Source: Reclinomonas americana ATCC 50394 (lineage: Eukaryota). Taken from it: a DNA stretch of 40,967 bases. This document shows, one piece after another, positions 24,916-37,600 of this stretch (position 1 is its first letter; each line of letters starts with the position of its first letter). The stretch lies in NCBI GenBank assembly GCA_048213135.1, contig PS015434.1:6153-47119 (forward strand), given 5' to 3'. The notes under the pieces are model-generated. The model searched no databases and had not been told where the DNA came from. It saw only the letters and a list, made by a program, of their open reading frames with translations. The translations under genes were made by a program, and so were the position numbers.

Positions 24916-26293
24916 ATGACGGCTCATGGTGCGTCGTTGGATGCCTTCATGACACTGAGCGGATGCACGCTTGCGCTTACATAAGCCAATAGTGTCCAGT
25001 GAGCGTCACGCCCTCCGCCACTTTGTTGGGTGCCTTCTCGGCAACCCCGCCTTTGGAGCCACACCCGATGAATGCCGTGTGTATATTACGCGTCTGATGG
25101 AAGCGGGATTGCCGCTGAGTACTCTGGTATTCAGTGAGCAGCGCAACGCGTTTCCTCTTCTCCAGGCCGCCTTGTCGCCGTGCAAGGTGGGCCACGTGGC
25201 AGCCCTCGCCAATGCCCTCTCTCACGTCACCGTCATGTACTCTGGAACGACTGCGATTTACGATTTTGCAGCCTGCGCTGGTGTGTCGTGGCCCGATGAA
25301 TGGGATTTCAGCGAAGAGAGTGTTGCAGACGCCATTGCGGCTTCGTGTTTGCTGAATCCTTCGTTCGCTGACGACGTGCCCACGATGCCGCTCTCGGAAA
25401 TCATCGCCCGTCGGTCTGAGCTTCGCGATGGAGCGGCCGAGAGGATGCAAAAGTATCGCGATGACTCAAGCAAGGCGGTTGATGGTTATGAGGATGGTGT
25501 GTGCTTTGTCTGCTGTTGTCGTCTGTCTGTCGTGTGTGTATTTAAAGCGTGGCCTTCAGAAGCTGTCGCTCGGCGGCGCGAGGCTATTCGTGCCTCCATC
25601 GTGGAACAGCGTGCGCAGCGAAGCCACACGAGCGATGAATCAACCGGGGGTCCACCGTCATCATCAGCAGTAGCTGCGCTTCCAGCTGGCTCGCCTTCCT
25701 ACCTCAGACGAGAGTCTGAGGCTCACGAACTTGCGCAAGTCGACAACTCCAAAAAGTGCGTCTCAGGGTGCAAGTTCTGTGTCGCCTGTGCCGATGTTGA
25801 CGACGATGTTTCTGCACAGCTGTATCACCGTCAACGTTGTTGTCGATCGCACCACTCTACCGCAGCGCTTGCTGGGTTTGCAAACGGATCCGGAGGGGGG
25901 GATGTGGTCGCTGCGATGCCGTGAGAACTGGCATCTTCGTTGCTCGCATGGTAGCGTCGCAGATACCACAGCTCCGGTAGCTCACTGTACAACCACAGAG
26001 CGAGATGCCGAATGGCCCGTCTCAGGGTACCAGAGTTTGTTGTGAATGACACGCCTGCTGCCTGCATAGCTGGGTTCACACAGTTTTCCATTTGCATTCT
26101 CCTTCGTTTCTGCCCGCATGCATCGTCAATGACTGCCACCATGTTGTTGAACAGCCCTGGTTTGCTGTGTCACTGGTGCCGATTCCCTGACCGCCACTCT
26201 TTGAGCGCAGCGATCCAACTGTCGAGAATTCAATATTCGTCTTCTTGCCGCTCTCCGCATTGTGCGACATTGAAGGTCACTGCACCGGGATAG
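24916..26293 (+). CDS. Hypothetical protein (multi-exon; 3' structure tentative)
   Basis: ATG at 24916, short intron, then a long exon SSERHALRHFVGCLLGNPAF...YRDDSSKAVDGYED and further GT-AG-bounded exons. No family recognised. Confidence 0.45.
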
Positions 26294-26432
26294 GGCAAGA
26301 AGCACTAAGAAGCACATGACAGTAAAGTACCATAATCATCTGTGCCCGGTCCACGTCATGCGCTGAGACTGCAACGCACCGAGAAGCATTGGAATGCCGA
26401 TCGACAAGTAGGACAACTGCACTGCACGCACA

Positions 26433-27430
26433 ATGCCTGCGCGATGGCAAGTGCAAGTGGAGATTGTTGCGTTTCTCTCTTTGTTGTGCGCGCGTGTCTT
26501 CCGCAACTGAGCGCGCGCACGCACACGGGCGCAGGTTGAGGCGCGTGAGCTCAAAGGCCGCGACCGCTCAGGCACAAGGTTTGCACTTTCTTGTCTCTCA
26601 CTCACTCACTTTCACTCACTCTCTTACACACGCGCGCGGCACTCCAGCGACCCTGTCATCAAAGTCAAAGTCGGCGACAAGTCGCAGCGTACAAAGACCG
26701 TGAAGAAAGTGCGTGCATGCACAAACTCCGCCACTCACTCTCTGCCTCTCACTCACACACACACACGTGTGCGTGCGTGCATAGGTCAACTCTGCTGTGT
26801 ATGACCACCTCATGTTCTTTGAGATTGACTCGGACTTGCGTGAGACGCGATGTTTGATTCAGGTTGAGTGTTGCATGCGTGCATTCAGCTGTTTGCATTC
26901 TTCCTCAACAAGTCCTTACCGATTTGGTGACACACAGTGCTTTGATGCCAACACCATCACTCGTGACGTGCTCATTGGTCAGTTTGAGGTGTCGCTGGAC
27001 TACATCTATGGCGAGCCCAATCATGAAGTGTGGCGACGATGGGTGCGTGTTGCATGATTCGCCGCTCTTCCCTCCTTCCGTTGTCATTACTCCCTGGTCA
27101 TTTGCAGTCTCCCTCTCCTGCTCTACTTCTTCTCCTTCTTCTTCATCTTCTTCTCCTTGCTCTCCCGTCGCCCAGTCATCTGCGATCGCCTTCTTGTTCT
27201 TGTTCTTCTTATTCTTCTCCTCCGCGTTTCTCTCTCTCTCTCTCTCCAACCCGTTCTCTTGCACATTCCCTCCTTCCGTTGTCATCCTCTTTCTCAGTCC
27301 CTAGTCATCTGCAGGCTTCCTCTCCTGCCCTCCTGCTCTGCTTCTTCTCCTTCTTGTTCTCCTTGCTCTTCCGTCGCCCGGTCTTCCGCGATCGCCTTCT
27401 TGTTCTTCGTTTTCTTCTCCTCCTCCGCGT

Positions 27431-27465
<35 letters not shown>

Positions 27466-30400
27466 CACATTCCCTCCTTCCGTTGTCATCCTCTCTCTTT
27501 ACTCCCTGGTCATCTGCAATCTCCCTCTCCTGCCCTCCTGCTCTACTTTGTCTTCTTCTTCTTCTCCTTGCTCTCCCGTCGCTTGTTCTTGGTTTTCTTC
27601 TCCTCCTCCGCGTGCTCTCTCTCTTGCACATTCCTTCCTTCCGTTGTCATCCTCTCTTTACTCCCTAGTCTTCTTTTTCTCCTCCGCGTGCTTTCTCACC
27701 CATGACTCCCGTGTTATCACCTTCTTTTATGATCTCCCGCATCCCTTTGCCCTTCCTCTCACTGCCTCCCACCCAGGTGGTGCTGCTGGACCCCAAGAAA
27801 CACCAATCCGAAGTGCAGGGCTTTGTCAAGCTGTCGGTCATCGTCATGGGACCTGGGGACACCACCGGTCAGTACACAACAAGTCTCCGTGCTCACTCAC
27901 GCTCCCGTGTTTTGACGTCTCGCGCCCTCCCCGCGCAGCACCGCATCCGGACCTCGACGAGGAAGAGGAGGGCGGGGCGATTGATTCGCTGCAGTCGATG
28001 GTGCTGGCGCCGCCCGATTTTCAACGGCAGGGCGCCGAGTTGCTGGTGCGCGTGTACCGAGCCGAGAATTTGCCAAAGATGGACTCTTGTTGCGTCTGCC
28101 ATGCCACCCTCTCCCTCCTCCTTCCGTTCAATTCCTCACCCCATGCGTAAATCTAGTCGGCAAGATCGATGGATATGTGGCCGTCAATTTCGCCGGCAAC
28201 CCCACTCTCAAGACCGCCATCAAGAAGAACGAGTACAACCCGGTGTGGAACCAGGAGCTCGTGCTGCCCGTGTGGCTGCCGAACTTGAGCGACAAGATCG
28301 AGATTCTCATTCGCGACTGGGATCGCATGAACAAGGACGACACCATCTCGCGGCAGTACTTCACCTTTAGCGACGTGCAGCTGGAGGGGTTCACACCGCG
28401 CTGGATCAACCTGTATGGCGCGCCGCTTAACCCGTCCTTCCGCGACAAGGCAGTGCGCTGCATGCGCTCTGGCAAGGCCGAGCCCACCGAGTACCACGGC
28501 CGTGTGCTGCTGGCCATGACGCACCGTGCGTCGGATAATCCCCTGGTAACTTCCATCTCTTTCTCTCTCTTCGATCTCCTCCACCTCCTCATCAACTCTC
28601 TTTCCTTTGATGCAGTTCGGCGGACCAAACAACATTGCTCCGTGCGAACTGCCGCGCACCCGTGAGTACGTGCTGCGACTGGATCTGTACCAGGGCACAG
28701 ATTTTCCGGCCAATCGCAGTCAGTCGGTGCGCGTCGGCGTCACCTGGGGACAGCACGTGCTGAAGGGCAAGGCCGTCGGCATTCGCAACGGATGTGCGTT
28801 GTGTCATTTGTGTACTCTCTTTCATGACACACTCTCTTACTTCCGGCCATCTGCCGCAGCGTACCCGTGGTACGAGTCATTGCAGGAGATTCGCGCCACA
28901 TTCCCGCACACCATTGACCATGTGCCAGATATTGTTGCGTGACTGACCGTTGCACTTCATCACCTCTGCGTTCCCCTGACCGCGCACGCGAATGGAACAG
29001 ATCCTGTACTTTTCCATCAAAGGCTTTGGCACCACGTCGCGTATCGGTTACTTGCGCTACAGGGCTGCGTTGCGTCAAACTTGCCGCGTTTGCGTCTCTC
29101 TGCATTCTCTTTGTTTCTCATCTCGTGGCAGCGATGTGGTGGGGTTCGACAAGCCGCCAGAGTGGCACTGTGTGACGGCGAATCCCTTGGCGGCCGCGTA
29201 CGAAAAAGATCGCATCCCCGGATTTGCTCTCATCCGGTCCGTGTGCTTGTCTCTCTCGCGTTCGTCCCTTTCGTCATATACTCACGTCTGCGTGCGTTCG
29301 TAGCCTGGCGTTTGGACCGGCCGAAAAGGCGCCTGTTCCCCGACCGCCCATTGCACCGCCGAGGTTCGGTCGTTTCCAGCTGCGCGCGCACGTTTACCAG
29401 GCTCGTGACCTACCGGCCGCGGACGACACGGGCACCAGCGATCCGTACTGCCGCGTAATCTTTGGCTCCAAGGTGAGGGGCCTGCACATCCTTTCGACTC
29501 GGACCACGCTTGTTTTCTCATCATGATGCAGAGTGCGGAAACGGGTGTTCGTTTCGCCACCAACTACCCTCTGTGGTACGAGTCGCTCAGTCTGGATGTG
29601 GAGATTCCCATTGACATGAACTACGCGCCGCGGATTGTGCTGCAGGTGCGCTGTTGGAACGACTCGGTCTCGTGTCTCCTCCCATTTTCCTGCTCATTTC
29701 GCGCGCACTGCAGGTGTGGGACCGCGACAGCACCCTGGACCCTGACGACATGATTGGGCGCTGTGACATTCCGGCCAACACCGCCGGCAAAGGGTGGCCC
29801 GGCGATCCCAAGTGGTACGAGTTGTACATGAATGACCCGAACGACACCATGGGTGGCGTTCTTGCGTCGTTCCAGTTGATTCCACGCGAGGAGGCGGCTC
29901 GCATGCCACCGCCCGGCTCTATCAAGCCGCGCACACAGCCGTGCGTCTTTGAGATCTCGGCCATTGGCCTGCGCAGTCTGCTGCCGGCCGCCGACGGGAG
30001 CGGCAGCAAGTCGCGGGCCAAGAACCCGCGCATCGAGGTCAGCGGTCTCATGCCTTTAATGTCTCACTCCTCCTCTGACTCGTCGCGGCACAGTTCGATT
30101 GCGGAGACTCGAATCGTGTGGTGTCGTCGGCACGTTGCTCGCAACCGACTCCCGAGAATCCCAACCATCTGGAGGTGTGTGTGTGTGTGTATGTCAGAGC
30201 ATGGTTGTCTGCGTGCCTGTGCATGAATCACCAATGCTCGTGTCGGGCAGGCCGTCTACCTCGAGTGCGAGTTGCCTCTGAACGCGCTCTTTGCACCGGC
30301 CATCAATGTCCGTGTGTTTGACGTCGGCGGTCTTCTCGGCGGCGACCGACTCGTCGGTGCCTCGTCCATCTCGGTGGCACCATACATGCCGTGGTCGAAT

Positions 30401-32869
30401 CTCGATATTCCCAAGGTCAGTTCTTCCCTTGTTAGTTCGCCTCCAATGCTTTTCCCGCAGACCCTTCATTCTCCCATCACAGGAGAGCCTGCCGCCGCCC
30501 TTTGATGGTGATATTCCCGGCGCCGCCGGTCTGCCCGGATTTGATGACGACGTGGTGTCGGCAGTGCACCAGATCGAGATCGTGGATCCCATTCCCGAGG
30601 ATCTGCGCGCCTGCAACGAGGTTGTTGGCGATGAAATGCATTTCATCACCGCGGGCGAGCCGAAGCGCACGCTGCCGGAGGTGGACGACACGCACTTGGG
30701 TGGTTTCGAGAGCACGGCAGCCGACGCACTGGCCGGTCGCAAGACTGTAAAGGTGGAGCTGGAGCACACCTTCAAGCAGCTGCCCTTTGACGAGTATCGC
30801 CTCTATCGGTTGGTGGATTGTGCTGGGCTAATTCGTTTCGCTGTATTACCGCACTGACTCGCGATGCGTGCACCGTCCAGCGGCACCACTCGGCAGCAGG
30901 GAGGCTACTTTACGAAACTATGGGCCACCATGGAGAAGAGAGGCGTGCAGAACCCCAAGCACAACAGGTTGCATTCATGTCTGCGTGCTTCTCATCGCTG
31001 CATCATCATCATCTCATGTCGGCGTGTGGCATCGCAGCGGCAAGTTCAAGGGCCGTTTCCGTGTCATTCCGGCGGAGCAGTTGCGCGGTTTGCGTGATCG
31101 CGCCGAAAGCACTGTGTCTGCTGCTGCTCCGGTCGTCCCATCGACCACAATCACCCCGTTTGACATTTTCGACGATCCACGACCCGGCAGTGGCCTTCCG
31201 TCGTTCACTGCTGGTGCCGCTGCGGCAGCTCTGGCCGCCGTCAGTGCGCCTCGCGTGCCGCCCGTGCGAGCGCCCTCTGGCAGCTTCACCGCCGCAGCTG
31301 TGGCAACTGTTCCGCCACCGGCGCCTGTGCCGGCACCGGCTCCGACAGAGACCGTCGAGTTGATCACTAGCCGTTTCGTCCTCCACTCCGCGCCCACGCG
31401 TGTTGCCTCTTGGTGTGAGCTCACCACGGTGTTGCGCAGAGGAGCTTCGTCGCATGTACACGTCACGTGATTTTGTGGTTCGCGTGCATGTGGTGCGCGG
31501 TCGACAGCTCGTACCAAAGGACAGCAACGGCAAGAGCGATCCGTACCTGGTGTTCCGCACGGGCAGCGATCGCCGAGCCAGCGCCAAGTTCATTTCGTGC
31601 GAGCCCGACGTCATCAAGGCGACTCTGGCGCCCGACTTTTGGACCAGCCAGGAGCTGCGTGCGACCATTCCAGGTGACTCGCTGCACATCGAGTGCTACG
31701 ATTGGGACGCTGTCGGCGACCACGACTTGATCGGCGCAACTATTGTCGACCTGGAAAATCGTCTCTTCAGCGAGGAGTGGCAGGCGTTGGAGGCCAAGCC
31801 GTTGGAGCAGCGCACATTGTGGGTGCCGACGTCCAGCTTCCCGCAAGGTCGCCTGGAGCTTGCCATCGACATTCTCACGCCGGAACAGGCGGCAGCGCAG
31901 CCGTTTGTTCGTCTGCACAAGCCGGAGGTTCGCAAGCACGAGCTGCGCGTGATTGTGTGGAACACGGTTTGTCGCATGCGAAAGCAGTGCCACTGCCACT
32001 GGATCTGATAATGTGTTGCACCACAGGAGGACGTTGTCTTCAAGGACGCGAACATGAGTGATCAAATTCTGCGTGCAACCGCACTGTGGAACAACGAGAA
32101 GCTGAAGACGGACACGAACTGGCGCTCGATGGATGGTACGGGCAGGGCGTGTCCTCTGCGCTGATGTGCGCAAGGTTCATTGATGTTGCTGCACAGGCAA
32201 GGGCTTCTTCAACTGGCGCTGGGTCTTCAAGGACGTGGAGATCCCGTGCAAGAATCCGCGCTTGCGAGTGCAGATCTACGATCGTGACATTTTCAAGCCG
32301 AACGATTCGATTGCCGAGTCTGTTCTCAACCTGCGGCCGCTGTTCCGCAAGGTCTACAACCAGCGAGCGCGGCAGGAGATCCCACGACAGTGGATCTCCA
32401 TGACTGTTGCGCATTTCGTCTGCCTGCTGTGCTTGTTTGCCTCGTGCTCACACTTCCATGTCGTCACACACAGCACCCCAACTTCCAGGGCGTGCAGGGC
32501 AAGGTGGAGCTGACGGTGGAGTTGCTGACGGCCGACGAGGCAATGCGCTTCCCCGGTGAGTGGCTGCAATATGATCTCAGTATTTGCTCGGCATGTGCGC
32601 TCATCTCTTGTCAACAGCCGGGCAAGGTCGCGATCCGCCCAACGAGAACCCGCATCTCGACGACCCGCCTCGGCCACCAACCAGTTTTGCGCCGTGGCGA
32701 GTGGACAAGTACGCACAGAATTTCTGGATGAAGTACAAGGTGTGTGTTGTTTATCTTGGCGTTGTTCTCTGTTGCACATCGTTCTCAACGACTTCCACAG
32801 AAACGCTTGATTCTTATCGGAATCGCCGTCCTCGCCCTGTTCATCTGCCTCCTCTTCCTGTTCATCTAA
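26433..32869 (+). CDS. Ferlin-family multi-C2 tail-anchored protein, paralogue A (25 introns by my reconstruction; no DysF seen)
   Basis: MPARWQVQVEI/VEARELKGRDRSGTSDPV; VYRAENLPKMDSFGKIDGYV...NPVWNQEL; FTPRWINLYGAP...EYHGRVLL; LRAHVYQARDLPAADDTGTSDPY; RGRQLVPKDSNGKSDPY...IGATIVDLENR; ELRVIVWNT...TDTNWRSMDGKGFFNWRWVF; GKVELTVELLT...NENPHLDDPPRP; TM LILIGIAVLALFICLLFLFI then TAA. Confidence 0.92.
27069..27690. repeat. Pyrimidine-rich minisatellite (about 4 units of 160-205 bp) in the 734-nt ferlin-A intron 27043-27776
   Basis: Core (CTCTTGCACAT)TCCYTCCTTCCGTTGTCAT...TCCCTRGTC recurs near 27069, 27256, 27461 and 27621; units contain CTCCTCCGCGT and (CT)n of variable length. Confidence 0.85.
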
Positions 32870-32953
32870 CCGGTGATCAGAAGTAGAATAAAACCGCATA
32901 CACTTTTTTGGTCGCACGCACAAGCACACACACAGACATGAGTCTCTCTCTCT

Positions 32954-34570
32954 CTACAGGAGCACAAAAATGAGAACAATGGCCAAGATGATGATGCCGG
33001 CAATGATGAGCTTTGTCTGTACATGGTCATGGTACGCCGTGAGCAACATGCACAACCTCGAAAGAACACGCTGTAAGGAGAGTCAACAAACCTTGTACTT
33101 GAGCCACCTGCAGCAGACAAGCAGAGGAAAGAGACAAGTTAGCACATGAAAAGATGCGGGAAAGAAGCGTGGCACTGCACTGGCGACGCAACCATGTCTG
33201 CGCGTACTTGTCCACTCGCCACGGAGCAAAACTGGTTGCCGGTCGTGGCGGGTCGTCGAGGTGCTGTGGTGTGATGCAAAAAATGCACAATGTGAGCGAC
33301 AATCGGGGAATGCAATCGGCAAGCACGAGATGGCGACGTACAGGGTTCTCGTTCGGAGCCTTGCGCGCCTCGCCGGCCGGATAGCGACGTGCCTCGTCTG
33401 CAAAGCGACGCAGAGTTGAGCATACATCACACACGCCACACACACGTAGCACGCATATGAAAATCAAGTACCGTCGGTCAACAGCTCCACTGTGAGTTCG
33501 ACCTTGCCTTGCACACCGGTGAAATTAGGGTGCTGGCAGCGCTCGGTAAGTCAATCGACGCAATCCTGCGTCACTCGAAATGAAAAACACACACATACCG
33601 TCATGGAGATGAACTGGCGCGGAATCTCCTGTCGTGCACGTTGATTGTACACCTGCAAGCAAGTCACCGTCAGCATGCCAATAAACAGGAGAAATGACGA
33701 CGCTGCATGTGCAACATACCCGGCGGAAGAGCGGTCTCAGGTTGAGCATGGCCTCGGCGATGCTGTCGTTCGGCTTGAAGATATCGCGATCGTAAATCTG
33801 AAACAGAGAACAGTGAGTATCTGGGGGAGAGAGAGTGCAAAGAAAAAATATCACTGGTGGTGGCACACACCTGAATGCGGACGCGGGGATTCGCATTGGG
33901 GATCTCCACGTTCTTGAACACCCAGCGCCAGTTGAAGAATCCCTTGCCTGGAGATACAAAGAATGAGTGACAGGGACCAGAAAAAAAGGAATGCCGGGGC
34001 GACGCGCACCATCCATGGAACGCCAGTTGGTGTCGGTGTCGTGCCTATCGTTGTTCCACATGGAGGTGCCGACCAGCTTGATGTCACTCATTTCCTGTGT
34101 GGGGCACATGCAGTGGATGAGTGAGCTGCTGTGGGCATCAACAGTTTGCACCATTTAGTAAGGCGACGCAACAGCATCCTTGAAGACGACATCGGACTGG
34201 TGACACGAACAGCAGGCATAGCATATAAGTAAATCATGCGCATGTGGGAGCCACATCATTCACACTCGTCGCGTACCGTGTTCCACACGATGATGCGCAG
34301 TTCGTGCATGCGGACCTCTGGCTTGTGCAACTGCTGGAACGGAATGTGCGCTGCCTGTTCCACCGTGTAAATGTCGACGGCCAACTCCAGGCGACCTTGC
34401 GGGAACTTGGACTCGGTTGTCCACAGCGTGCGGTGCTCCAGAGGCTTCGGCTCCAGGCCCTGCCAGTAGGGCGAGAAGATGCGGTTCTCCAAGTCGATTG
34501 TTGTCGTGCCAATGAGCTCGTCCGCTCCCACCGTGTCCCGGTCGTAAACATCAATGTACAGGTTATCGCC

Positions 34571-34607
<37 letters not shown>

Positions 34608-37600
34608 GACAACACACACGGGTACAACGGAGTGCGCGATCTACAACGCACCGGGAAGCGTAGCGCGCAGCTCGCGACTCGTCCAAAAGTCCGGAGCCAG
34701 AGTCTGCTCAATGGTTTCGGCCTTGCATGTGACAAACTTCTCTCCGGGAGTCTTCGCCGCACCGCAGCGGAACACGAGGTAGGGATCGCTCTTGCCGGTG
34801 CGGTCTTTCGGCACAAGCTGGCGACCACGCACAACGTGCACGCGAACAACGTATTCGCGCGTTTGATACAACGCTTGCAGGTCCTCTGCGAACGGCAAGT
34901 GCCGTGAGGATACGCGGCATGCAGTGACCATTGACAAACACAAGTGAAAAACACACCAGTGGTCATCAGCGTAATTGGTTCAGTCGACTCCTCTGGCATG
35001 CCGTCGACCTGCAGGTGCACGCCCGATGGGCCCTCGTTTTCCAAGTCGGCATCAAACGCTTGCGAAGGGCTGCTCGGCTCCGGCGGTCGAATATCCGCGA
35101 GAGAAGTCGAGCGAACAGTGCCCAGATGTGGTGGTAGTTGACGGATGCGCTCCACTGGCACCACACGGAAGTGTCCCTGTGCGAGGATCACACGAGGGTG
35201 AGTGCATGGAGAGGCGATGAGGGGCAACAGCAAAGATGCTAGATGTACATACCTTGAAACGACCGCTGCAGGTGGACGCGAGCATCGAAAGTGAGAAGCG
35301 AAAAGCACTGATGAAAGAAACACACTTCCCGGGTGGTACTCACCAGATGCGCTTGGCGCTCTCAGGATCGCGATCGACCTTCTTGCTCCACATCTTGGTG
35401 AAGAAACCACCCGACTGGCGGGTGCTTCCACGGTACAGCTTGAATGCGTCGAACGGCAACTCGGGGAAATCGTGCTCCAGCTCGTGCTTCACCAGCGCAC
35501 GACCGGAGAGCACATCGGCACCATTGCCTTCGAAACCGCCGAGCAGCTGATCGTCGACCTCAGGGATGGTGCGCTCGGGTTCGCCGCGCGTGCGGAACTT
35601 GAACTCGTGTGCAAACTGGATGTGTGTGACGACGAGTCAGAACATGTCCCGCGGCAAGCACACGACCATGACAAGCACGCGCCAACCTCCTCGTTACAGG
35701 TGCGGAGGTCGTCAGGAATGGGATCGACAATCTCCTGCACCTCACCCACTCGGATCATGTCATCGTCGAAGCCAGGCAGATCACGAGCACCGGGAATGGG
35801 CGCATCAAAGAACTCGACAATGTTGTCCTTTGGAATCTCCATGTTTGACCACGGCATGTAGGGCGCAATCGGAATGGATGTCGAGCCAAGCAGACGCCGT
35901 CTGCCAAACATGCCCGCATCGTGGACACGCACATTGACAGCCGGAGTATACAGCGGATTCAGTGGCAATTCGCATTCCAGATACACGACCTGCGCGCGGC
36001 CATGGTCAAACATGGAGTCAAACAAAAAGCGAAAACAAGAGCACTCTATCTCTCACCTCGAGGTGGTTGGGGTTCTCGGGACTCGGTGTGTTGCACGAGC
36101 GCGTCTGCATCATGGGGAAGACAGAGCTGCCGGCGTCAAACTGCACACAACAACGACCACAGAGTCAGGGCCACGAGCACGCAGTCGCTTGGTGCTAGCT
36201 GGGAGACTCACGTCGATGCGCGTGGTATTCGGGCGCGATTTGGTGCCATTCTCCTCGCCAGCAGGAATCAGCTCACGCAGACCGACGGCCTGAATCTCAA
36301 AGATGCACGGTCGCATTTGCGGTTTGATGGTGGGCGGCAGCGGAACACGAGCGGCCTCCTCGGCCGGGATTAGCTGGAACGAGGCCAGCACCTCACCCTC
36401 GGTGACCGAGTTGTCGTCCATGTACAGCTTGTACCATTGCGGATCACCGGGCCATCGCTTGCCCAGCTTCTCGGGTGCCACCTCGGCACGACCCAGCAGA
36501 TCGTCGGGATCCAGACCGGGGTCCACATCGTACACCTGCAAAACAGCGAAGACTTTCAGGGAAGGTGCGAGAGAAAAATACTCCACTGCCGCTGTGACGA
36601 AACTTGCAATACCACACGCGGCGCAAAGTTGAAATCGGTGGGGATTTCGACATTGAATGCGAGCGTCTCGTACCACAGCGGGAAGTTGGTCACGTAGCGT
36701 GGCGTGGTTTTCTTGGACTGCATCGCGGTTGTTGTCAGTGAAAGCACGCACTATGGGAGAATCAAGAACACGTGCGCGCACCTGACTGCCGAATGTCACT
36801 TTGCAGTACGGATCACTCGTGCCGGATTCGTCGCCAGCCGGCAAGTTGCGTGCCTGGTAAATGTGGGCACGCAGCTGATACCGACCAAGACGAGGGGGCG
36901 CAATGGGCGGCCGCGGAATCGGCGCCTGATCGGCAACACCAAAGTCAAGGCTGTGCAGATGGGGCGGTGAGTTAGCGCACAGAGCAACTCAACAAAGCAA
37001 AATGAATAAACAGCTCACCGGAAGAGGCAGAAACCAGGTGGTTGTTCCTTGTCGTAGGCGGCCGACATTTTGTTGGCAACAATCGGTTGCCACTGCGCAA
37101 TGTGGCCCCATCCAAACACCTCTCTGCCGCAGCGTACCGCAAAGCACACATGAGCGCAACAATAAGCTTCACGAGGCGACAGCCAGCCAGCAACTCAACT
37201 CTGCCGTGTATCGCAGATAACCAATCTCTGACTTGGCGCCAAAACCCTTGATGTAGAAGCGGATAATCTGCACCGAAAAAGTGTGAGAGAGAGTCACCGC
37301 GAGGGCACCACAACACCGACGAGTCCTGCGCAACAATGTCGGGAATAGAGGAGCGATCGGCCGGATACTCGACACGCATGTCGGGGATCTGCTCGTACCA
37401 CGTGTAGGCGCCGTTGCGCACCGACACCGCCTTGCTCATGAACGAGTAGGGGCCGATCGAGATCTGCGCCTGCACGGCCTGACTGCGGTTGGCCGGGAAA
37501 TCGGCGCCCTGATACAAGTCGAAGCGCAAAATGTACTGCTTGGTCGGTGGCAAGGCACACGGATCGAGTCTGCTCGGCGCGTTGGAAGTCTATCGCATCC

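Noticed and set aside
27069-27690. CRISPR-like repeat-spacer array or transposon
   Set aside because: Whole units are homologous, low-complexity and of variable length, inside a eukaryotic intron. No unique spacers, cas genes, terminal repeats or transposase.
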